Program-made: the position numbers and the translations under genes
Source of the DNA: Leptospirales bacterium
Lineage (GTDB): Bacteria; Spirochaetota; Leptospiria; Turneriellales; JAOUFE01
Assembly: GCA_040326155.1 (NCBI GenBank)
Contig: JBEQLE010000044.1
Span: forward strand, 1 to 35,231
Length of the DNA stretch: 35,231 nt
Direction of reading: 5' to 3'
Part shown: piece after piece, positions 19,180-27,800 of the stretch
Position numbering within the stretch: the stretch's first letter is position 1
Layout of the letters: each line of letters opens with the position of its first letter
The notes under the pieces: model-generated
Seen by the model: only the letters and a program-made list of their open reading frames with translations
Told to the model about the DNA's origin: nothing
The model's database searches: none

Positions 19180-19250
19180 TTGGTTCCACTTTAGACGTTG
19201 TTCATTCCATGAGGCTTGACATACTGAATTTTATTTGTTATAGTCGCTTC
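19180..19250 (+). promoter_or_regulatory. Sigma70 promoter of the DUF2141 operon (probably leaderless) with candidate LytTR direct repeats
   Basis: TTGACA(19216-21)-17 nt-TATAGT(19239-44) with extended TG, 6 nt before ATG 19251; ttggttcca(19180) and ttcattcca(19201) at 21-bp period just upstream. Confidence 0.7.
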
Positions 19251-19667
19251 ATGAAAAAGATTATTTTATTCACAGTGCTGCTTGGTTTATGGAATGCCTC
19301 TTTGAACGCTTCGATCATCGTTAAGGTGAAAAATATTCAAGATATCAAGGGAAATTTGATGGTTGCCGTATACCGAAATCAATCGGAACTGGAAAAGCGT
19401 ATTCAGTTTAAAGAATACAAGTTGAATGTTCAATCTAAAGAAATGACCTTTGAAATCAGCGATGTCGATTCCGGAGAATACATGATCGCCATTTTTCACG
19501 ACGTTAATTCGAATGAAAAGCTTGAGACAAATTTTTTTGGAATTCCAACTGAGCCATACGGTTTTTCACTTAACCAGATGGGAAGGTTCGGCCCGTCTTT
19601 TGAAAAATCGAAGTTTGTTTATGATGGAAAAAGTATAACTCTTGAGATAGTTTTAACAGGAAAATAA
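19251..19667 (+). CDS. DUF2141 family exported protein
   Basis: Signal peptide; GEYMIAIFHDVNSNEKLETNFFGIPTEPYGFS...GPSFEKSKF. Confidence 0.92.
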   Translation: MKKIILFTVLLGLWNASLNASIIVKVKNIQDIKGNLMVAVYRNQSELEKRIQFKEYKLNVQSKEMTFEISDVDSGEYMIAIFHDVNSNEKLETNFFGIPTEPYGFSLNQMGRFGPSFEKSKFVYDGKSITLEIVLTGK

Positions 19668-19668
19668 T

Positions 19669-21194
19669 ATGGGAAAAAAGAAAAAAGTCGCTATTATCGG
19701 GGCTGGTATTGCGGGACTCTCTGCGGGTTCGTATCTTGCGCGAAACGGTTTCGACGTAGAAATATTTGAAATGCATGACATTCCAGGTGGGCAATGTACC
19801 TCGTGGAAAAACGGAAAATTTACTTTTGATGCCTGCGTTCACTGGCTGATTGGCTCCAAAGAGGGCGAACTTTTTAACGGGATGTGGAAAGAACTCGGGG
19901 CTCTCGATAATATCGAAATCATCGATCACGACCGTTATATGAGTGTACACTATCCGGACGGCGAAAAGTTAACATTTTATATCGACGCAGATAAACTCGA
20001 AGCCGAGCTGTTGCGATTTTCACCCGAAGACTCCGGCGAGATTCGAAAATTTGTTAAGGTGATTCGTTACATGACAAAGATGAAGATGCTCGAACCTGAT
20101 GCGGCCTACGCCAAAAAATCTCTTAAAAGCCTGTTTCATTTGATCGGTTTTATCGTCGGCTTTATACCCGTTTACAAATGGTCAAAGATCAGCGCCCGCG
20201 AATATGCCGGTAAATTTAAAAAACGTGAATTGTCAGACGCCATTACGAATTTATTTATGCCAGATTTCGCCATGATCTTTATCTTTTTCACTTTTGCCTG
20301 GATGAGTCAAAAAAATGCCGGTTACCCAATCGGTGGTTCTTTGAACTTTGCTAAAAACATCGCTAGAAATTGCGAAAAAAACGGAGCCGTTATTCGCTAT
20401 AAAAGTCGCGTGGTAAAAATATTGACCGAACAAACATTGACCAAACAAGGCGGCAACGATAAGGTCTCCGGAGTCGAACTTGAAAACGGAAACATCATCG
20501 AAGCTGATTACGTGATCTCGGCGGCCGACAGTAAAGCCACAATCGATCAAATGCTCGCCGGTAAATATAGCAACCCGAAAATCAAGAAAGCATGGGAAGT
20601 GTTGCCCTTATTTGAGCCTCTTTTTTTTATCTCGCTGGGTTTAAACGGCGATTCTGGTACGCCCCCTTCTGTAACCGGTAGTGGCTTAAAATTAAAGCAC
20701 TCTGTTGATACGGGAAATAAAAAGATCGATTGGGTATTGCTGCACAGTCTGGATTTTGACCCAACGCTTGCGCCCAAAGGAAAAAGCGTCGTCGAAATTT
20801 TATGCCTGGCGGACTTTGATTATTGGAACGATCTTAAAAATAGCAACAAAGAGAAATACAAAAAAGAAAAACAGAGAATTGCCAATGAGATTATCGAAAA
20901 CATCGACCGAGATTTTTTGCCCGGCTTAAAAAACAAGACGAGAAAATCGATATCGCCACACCGACAACATGGGTTCGCTATACCGGCGTTCACCGCGGCG
21001 CCTGGGAAGGTTTGCAATTATCAAAAGACGCGATGAAGCTTGGCATGAGTCTACCCAAGCAGCTCGATGGTCTGAACAATTTCTATCTTTGCGGCCAATG
21101 GGTCGAAATTGGAGGCGGTCTACCTGCGGCGGCTTTTTCCGGTAAAGGCGTTGCCGCGATGATTGCAAAAAAGGAAGGAAAAAAATACAGGTGA
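19669..21194 (+). pseudogene. Phytoene desaturase-like NAD(P)/FAD oxidoreductase with a single -1 frameshift near 20928-20940
   Basis: IIGAGIAGLSAG, PGGQCTSW, FDACVHWLIG, YPIGGS, DPTLAPKGKS. The family C-terminus (EKIDIATPTTWVRYTGVHRGAWEG...NFYLCGQWVEIGGGLP) continues in the frame of 20940-21194. Confidence 0.85.
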
Positions 21195-21398
21195 CGTTAC
21201 ATCAAATACGAAGTTTTTTTTCAAAACAAACTTTAAACGAAAATCGAATGAGACAACCATAAAAAACCGCAGGATTTTTTTGTAAAAAAATACCACGAAG
21301 CGGGTTGTCAAAAACGACGTTTTTTGACAACAAAATACTTCAAACGAGAATCGAACGAAGCGACACAAAAAAACCGAAGGATTTTTTTGTGCACTAAA
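21185..21398 (+). repeat. Tandem pair of the ~109-bp repeat: copy C (21185-21283, degenerate) and copy D (21290-21398)
   Basis: Copy D carries gttgtcaaaaa-cgacgt-tttttgacaac and cacaaaaaaa-ccgaagga-tttttttgtg hairpins; lies between convergent genes. Confidence 0.9.
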
Positions 21399-21405
21399 TT
21401 AATAA

Positions 21406-21774
21406 TTAAGCTGTGGTTTCTACAGGAGCCTGTTTCATTTCGCATTGCCCTTCGAATACCACGCCGTCGTCAATTTCAAGGTTTGGGGTGCGAATGTTGC
21501 CGATTAAGGACGACCCTTCTTTCAATTCGACTTTTTTTGAGGCGATTACATTACCGACAACCTTGCCAAGGACGACTAAATGAACAACGTCGATATGCGC
21601 TTCAATGTTAGCAGATCTGTCGACAAGCAATACGTCATTTCCACGAATTTCTCCGGTGAATTTGCCCGAAATCTTCAATGGTTTGCCAAACTCTAGAATG
21701 CCATTAAATGAGCTTTTTTCGTGAAAGTTTGTATATACCAGTTTTGTGTTCAGTTTTTCTTTTTTAGCAGCCAT
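21406..21774 (-). CDS. Bactofilin (polymer-forming cytoskeletal protein, CcmA family)
   Basis: FNGILEF, LKISGKFTGEI, VLGKVVGNVIASKKVEL, GNIRTPNLEIDDGVVFEGQCEM. Likely start ATG 21774. Confidence 0.92.
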   Translation of the reverse strand: MAAKKEKLNTKLVYTNFHEKSSFNGILEFGKPLKISGKFTGEIRGNDVLLVDRSANIEAHIDVVHLVVLGKVVGNVIASKKVELKEGSSLIGNIRTPNLEIDDGVVFEGQCEMKQAPVETTA

Positions 21775-21779
21775 AGGTA

Positions 21780-22001
21780 TTATTTTGTAGTCATTGTAAA
21801 TACCCCATCCCAATCTTCCGGGGGGGGGTTTTCAAGAAAGTGATCGCACCTTTCCACATAAAGCTTCGATGGGCCATCATCAGGTTTTGCATCAAGGGCC
21901 GCTTGAAAATGTACCCTGGCTTCAGTCCACTTACGCAGTTTGTACAGCGCGAGACCTTCATTATATTTTTCTAGAACTTGTTCTAATTCCGGTGTCAACA
22001 T
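21780..22001 (-). CDS. Small TPR-like protein equivalent to the C-terminal tail of class III cyclases
   Basis: YNEGLALYKLRKWTEA...DGPSKLYVERC...PPPEDWDGVFTMTTK; parallels the tail of the 10350-11714 cyclase. Confidence 0.85.
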   Translation of the reverse strand: MLTPELEQVLEKYNEGLALYKLRKWTEARVHFQAALDAKPDDGPSKLYVERCDHFLENPPPEDWDGVFTMTTK

Positions 22002-22086
22002 AGGTTAGAATATTAGCAATAATTCCGGTGTCAAGAAGAGATTCTTAGACTTTAGAATAAATTATGAGCATTTAACGTTTGTTTAC

Positions 22087-22422
22087 TCATTGAAATTCTT
22101 GTTCAAAATGACTTTTAAACAACTGCTCAAGTTCATCGATTACTTCATCGGCTGCACGCCCCTGCATCATGTGCATTGTCAGTAGCTCCGATGCCGGCCC
22201 CATCACCTTTTTTTTTGATATCATCGGATAATTTTTTGAAAGACGTTTCATAGCGTCTATTACACTCTCCTGTTCTGGTCGGGGAATATTAAGTGGTGTT
22301 TGCGGTACCGGATCGCTTCCATATTTGTTTTTTAAAAACAGGGCATAATCGATCAACTGGTTTTTACCCTCTTTGTTTAGCTGCTCGTAATGAGCCAGCA
22401 ATTCTCTTTCTTGTTTATCCAC
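22087..22422 (-). CDS. Conserved hypothetical protein
   Basis: Clean ORF with a promoter; IPRPEQESVIDAMKRLSKNYPM...HMMQGR...VIDELE matches a family I recall from proteobacteria. No cNMP or HTH motif visible. Confidence 0.75.
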   Translation of the reverse strand: MDKQERELLAHYEQLNKEGKNQLIDYALFLKNKYGSDPVPQTPLNIPRPEQESVIDAMKRLSKNYPMISKKKVMGPASELLTMHMMQGRAADEVIDELEQLFKSHFEQEFQ

Positions 22423-22626
22423 AATTGAATAGTACTGTTTTATTTTAGCTCGTCAAGTATCTTATTTATATTATACTTTAATGGCGTTATTCATTTTAAA
22501 TAACTTAGGTAAAAAAATAATCTTGTGTACGGGATATGATTTACGCTTCACTTAGTCCAAGCGTATTGTTCCGAAAGCTGATGTAAATGAAAATATGTTA
22601 TTGCAATTAAAATAACAGGTGGAGTT

Positions 22627-23871
22627 ATGAATCAGAAAAAACGTCACATAGTAAGTGCAAATCATTTAGATAAAAAATTAGTTCATAAACATAAAAATGA
22701 AAATGTGTTTATATGTAATTTACGAAGATCACTCCCTTTGACGGTCGATAGTAATGTTTTTCAAAATGATATTCTAGACAAATGTACGGAGCAAGAAAAA
22801 GAAATTGTTAATAATTGCTATATTCGAAATGATAAAGACGGCAATTCTGAGAATTTCTGTTTAAAAGGGGTAGAACAGAGTTATTCTGTTCGCATGACCA
22901 AAAAGCGCTTGCTGGACAGTAGTGTATCTAAAAAAGATATGCGTTTTTTTCTCAAATTCTACAGGCGAGACAACGCAAAGTCAGCCTATTTATTAAGGGA
23001 TACCCCTGATGAGGTTGAAATTCTACGGATATCTCGAATAATGGGAGTAAAGAAAAATCTCGTTCCCGAACAACAAAAATCGGTATTGTCTGAGGTGTTC
23101 GACCGTCTTAATATTATTGGCAATGAAAGTGTCTTTTATGCAAACATGCTTGTCGATGTTAACCATAGCTATTTTTTTGAACACCCGAATGACCATGTTC
23201 CCGGAATGTTGGTTGTCGAAGCCGCTCGGCAAGTGGTCGTTTCATGTACTCACAAATATGGAAAAGTTCCGTTTGAAGGATATAAGTTTATTCTTTCGAA
23301 TATGGGTGGTAAATTTAAAAGTTATGTAGAGCTGAATTACCCTGTAATATTAAAAATGATACAAACCGAAGTATATGGTTATGACACGGGTATCTGGGCT
23401 GATTCTAACTTTGAAATTCACATTTACCAGAGAGAAATAGAAGCCGCAGTCATTATTATTCACGGAAATACGATTACTTCCAGTGTTTTTAAAAGGATAC
23501 GTTTGTCGAAAGGAAATATCAATCAAAAGTCGTGGTTTATTTTAAAAACCAATATAGAATACAGTGCGGTGCTACGGGATGAAGGAATCAAGAAGATTGA
23601 AGCGCGAATTGAGTATATTTCTGAGCATGAGTGTATTTTTCTAATTGAATCAGGTATGGAAAAATTTCGTAAAAAGCCGGAACTTGAGAAGGTAGAATTT
23701 TTTATGTATTTTTCAAATATCGGTTTTGTTCACGGCATAGGGGGAATAAAAACTAAAAATCAATTTGGAGACTTCTCTCAGGTCCATGTCCGTTTTGTTG
23801 AAATGGATAAAAAGGATAAAAGCAACTTACAGGAAGTTATAAAAAGATATGGTTACCTGGTTGAAGACTGA
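22627..23871 (+). CDS. AfsA/ScbA-related hotdog-domain protein with a degenerate PilZ-like C-terminal domain
   Basis: LDKKLVHKHKNENVFI and YFFEHPNDHVPGMLVVEAARQ AfsA-family motifs; tail ARIEYISEHECIF...VHVRFVEMDKKDKSNL; GGTGGAG RBS. Confidence 0.82.
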   Translation: MNQKKRHIVSANHLDKKLVHKHKNENVFICNLRRSLPLTVDSNVFQNDILDKCTEQEKEIVNNCYIRNDKDGNSENFCLKGVEQSYSVRMTKKRLLDSSVSKKDMRFFLKFYRRDNAKSAYLLRDTPDEVEILRISRIMGVKKNLVPEQQKSVLSEVFDRLNIIGNESVFYANMLVDVNHSYFFEHPNDHVPGMLVVEAARQVVVSCTHKYGKVPFEGYKFILSNMGGKFKSYVELNYPVILKMIQTEVYGYDTGIWADSNFEIHIYQREIEAAVIIIHGNTITSSVFKRIRLSKGNINQKSWFILKTNIEYSAVLRDEGIKKIEARIEYISEHECIFLIESGMEKFRKKPELEKVEFFMYFSNIGFVHGIGGIKTKNQFGDFSQVHVRFVEMDKKDKSNLQEVIKRYGYLVED

Positions 23872-23901
23872 TTTGTTTATAAATCAGTATGGGATGAAAT
23901 A

Positions 23902-24597
23902 TTGGGCAATTTAAAGTGTTTATCGTTGGTGGCTCTTGATCTTGACGGGGTGGCGCTCCCCGACACTTTCAGTCCCATTATCTATTTGCTGGTTAAAAAG
24001 CTGGGTATAGAGTATACCTCCGAGGTCGAACGGAATGTATTTTCCCAACAACGGCAAAAAGCTGCCGCATACCTGAATGATACCTTTAATTTACAAATGA
24101 GCAATGACGAGCTTATACGATTATATTTTGAGGAACGATCAGCGTATCTGAAAAATTTTGAGCATGGCCCGGTTCCCGGTTTAAAAGAGTTTCTAGAATG
24201 TGTAAAAACGGCGGGTTTAAAAGTGGTTTGCTATGGTGGCCTCGAAAAAGGGCATTTTGATAAGGAAATGGCAGAGTTTACCGAATATTTTGATGGTGAG
24301 AAATATATTTGTACAAACGATATTCGTCCCGGAATCAGGCAGATTGTAAACGATTATTATGGCCTGAATTATGAAAATGTGCTGTTTATCGATGATGTTA
24401 GTCGAGTTGCAGAAGAAGCAAAAAGTAAAAATGTTCCATTTATCGGCGTACCATCTAATTTTAAACATGGCTTCCAGAGGCAGGATATGCTACGGGTCGG
24501 CGTAAAGCATATTGTCTCTTCCATTCGCGAAATAGATTATCGCTTGTTAGAACAAATGGATAATGACGCAGTGACCGGGTTATTATGGAAAAAATAG
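23902..24597 (+). CDS. HAD-family phosphatase (MmfP-like type found with AfsA homologs)
   Basis: Motif I LDLDGV, DTFSP, CTNDIRPG, VLFIDD, VPFIGVPS; 30 nt after the AfsA-like gene. Confidence 0.85.
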   Translation: MGNLKCLSLVALDLDGVALPDTFSPIIYLLVKKLGIEYTSEVERNVFSQQRQKAAAYLNDTFNLQMSNDELIRLYFEERSAYLKNFEHGPVPGLKEFLECVKTAGLKVVCYGGLEKGHFDKEMAEFTEYFDGEKYICTNDIRPGIRQIVNDYYGLNYENVLFIDDVSRVAEEAKSKNVPFIGVPSNFKHGFQRQDMLRVGVKHIVSSIREIDYRLLEQMDNDAVTGLLWKK

Positions 24598-24831
24598 GAA
24601 GACCTGAGGCTTAATAAGGCAGAAAGCAGTCAGGGTTTTTATCTATTTGGAGAAATCTTAAAAAAAAATTGAAATGAGCTCGCCATGGAAAGAAAGCTTG
24701 TTTTTTTGAAGAGTATCGCTATTTCGGTACTAGAAATATAGAAATTCTTAAGAAGTGTAGATAAATTGCCTGACAAAAAAGCAATTGACGTATTTAGAGC
24801 GGTTAGCTTTTTAAAGATGTAGAATTTAATT

Positions 24832-27800
24832 ATGTTGGAAATTTCGGGTTACACATTAATTGAGAAGCTTCATAAGAGCCAGCAAACGCTGGTTTATCGA
24901 GCTATTCGTCAGAAAGATAAAGTTTCAGTTATATTAAAAATCCTGGCATCGAAATATCCGACGGCGCGAGACATCGCCCGTTTGCATCGTGAGTACGATA
25001 TTATGCAAACGCTTCATATTGATGAAGTGGCACACGCCTATGGAGTGGAACGGGTGAACAACACTTCCATGATTGTATTGGAAGATGTTGGCGGTCAAAC
25101 TTTAAAAAACATCATTTCATCTCGAAAAATGGACATAAAACTTTTTTTAGAAGTTGCCATTCAGATGACAGAGATTATCGGTAAAATTCACAAAAATAGT
25201 ATTATACATAAAGATTTAAAGCCTGATAATATCATCTTTAACCAGAAAGACAACACGATAAAAATTATTGATTTTAGTATTTCCTCTTCTTTTCCAAAAG
25301 AAAGTAAGCAAAAACGGAGTTTTAACCAGATCGAAGGGACTTTAGCCTATGTCTCCCCGGAACAGACAGGTTGGATGAACCGGTTGGTTGATTATAGAAC
25401 CGATTTTTATACTCTGGGCATTACCTTTTATCAAATGCTTACCGGAGCTCCTCCTTTTAAGTCAAGCGATCCACTGGAATTGATTCATGCTCATCTGGCA
25501 AAACAACCTGAAGATCTTGTAACTATAAATCCCGATGTACCTCAAATTGTTTCAGACTTTGTTATAAAACTGCTTTCTAAAAATGCTGAAGACCGATATA
25601 AAACGACCGGCGGCATGAAATTTGATCTGGAAAATTGTCTTAAACAGCTAAACAAAACAGGGTCTATTGAAAAATTTGTTCTTGGTAAAAAAGATATCTC
25701 CGATAGATTTCAGATTCCACAAAAACTATATGGCCGAGAGATCGACTTGAAAAAAATTCAAGATGCCTACACTCGCGCTTCGAAAAGAACCGCAGAAATG
25801 GTTTTAATCTCAGGTGAACCGGGTGTCGGTAAGTCGGTGTTAGTACAAGAAATGTACAAGCCGGTTGTTCAACGGAATGGTTTTTTTATATCCGGTAAAT
25901 TTGAACAATATAAAAAAGATATCCCCTATAATGCTTTTATTGCAGCTTTTGAAGATCTTGTAAATCAGGTTTTGACCAGGAATTCTGACCAGATAGACAT
26001 CTGGAAAGCCAGTATCCTGGAAATTCTTGGAAATAATGCACAAGTCATTACGAATATGGTTCCAAAGCTTGAATTGATAACAGGCAAGCAAACTGATCTG
26101 ATTGAATTAACATCCGTTGAGTTGCAAAACCGTTTTCACTTGATAGTTCAAAATTTTGTTTCTGTTTTTGCAACCCAGGAAAATCCCCTGGTTATTTTTA
26201 TTGACGATTTACAATGGGCCGATTCTTCTTCTTTAAAAATTATTGAAATATTAATGACAAATCCTGAATTTCGACATCTTTTATTTATCGGAGCCTATCG
26301 GGAAAAGGAAGTCAGCAATAATCTTATACTTGCAAACACATTGAAGAAGATTAAAGAATTTCGTCATAATTACAGTTTATACACGGGGCGAAAATTACCT
26401 GTGGAAAATATTAGAGTTGAGGCAATCGGTGTAGATGCTATTTCCGAATTAATTCTTGATACTTTAAGTTGTACAAAAAAAGAGGCTGGTAAACTGGCCG
26501 AACTTGTATTGCTGCAGACTGCCGGTAACCCATTTTTTGTAAATCATTTTTTAGTTGCAATTCATAATGATGGTTTAATCTGGTATGAACAGACAAACAA
26601 CCGTTGGACCTGGGAAATCGATAAAATCAAAAAGAAAGGTTTTACTGACAACGTTATTCAGTTAATGGCTCTCAGTATTGAAAAGGCTTCGGTAGAAACA
26701 GCTGAAATCTTACAATTAGCCAGCTGCATCGGCATTCATTTTGACCTTGAAAGTCTTGCTATTTTACAAAAAAAAGATAAAGCAATTGTAAAAGCGGAAT
26801 TGGCCGAAGCGATTAACGAGGAATTTATTCTGTTAGTTGAAGATGATGAAGTTGATACTGGTAATCTGTATTTCCAGTTTCAACATGATCAGATTCTTTT
26901 CACTGCGTATTCTATGATAGAAAATAAGCGCAAGAGAGAGATTCATCTAAAAATTGGACAACTTTTAATTCACAACCTGGCGCAGAAAGAAGATTCAATG
27001 TTCTCGGTAACAGGACTGGCATCGATTGGCGATCACGCTTCTAATGAAAATGATTTTAATAAACTGGCCCACTGGATTGAGACTGATATTTTTGCCATCG
27101 TAAACCATATAAATATTGCTTTCAGTGAAATTGTTGAAAAGGACGAAAATTTAGGGGTAATTGTTTTAAATCTTTTGGCAGCAAAAAAAGCTAGAAAAAG
27201 CGTGGCTTTTGAATCCGCTTTGGATTATTTTAGCATTGCTTTGAAACTACTGTCCAAGAATTTTTGGAAATCTCATTATTTTTTAAGCATACAACTTTAT
27301 ACGGAAGCCGCCGAGTGCGAATATGTAAATGCGAATTTTGCTAGAGCCGAAGAATTATGTCAGGTAATTATAAAACAAGCTCATTCTGTAATTGATAAAG
27401 TAAAAGTATTTGAAATTAATATAGCCAGTTTGACCCCTCAAAATAAATTTAAAGAGGCAATTGAGAGCGGGCAAAATGCTCTTATTCAGCTGGGTATAAA
27501 AATACCAAAGAAGCCCAACCAGTTTTCACCCTTGCCCGATATAGTTTCGGCATATTTAAAAATGTCTCGTAAAATGGATCGGTTGATTGAGCTGCCGAGA
27601 ATGGAAGATCCGGAAAAACTTGCGGCTATGAATATCATGGGTGAATTGGTTGCGCCGTCTTTTATTTCTGTTCCTGAGCTTTTCCCGGTATTATCTTTAA
27701 AAATGGTTCACCTGACTTTGAAATATGGCCTTACGAACCAGTCCGCATTTGCGTTTGTATCTTTTGGTGTAATTCTGAGTTCAGGGTTGGGGAATTACGA

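Noticed and set aside
21120..21611. ORFs 21120-21368 and 21324-21611
   Set aside because: Derived from repeat copies C/D and the antisense strand of the bactofilin gene.
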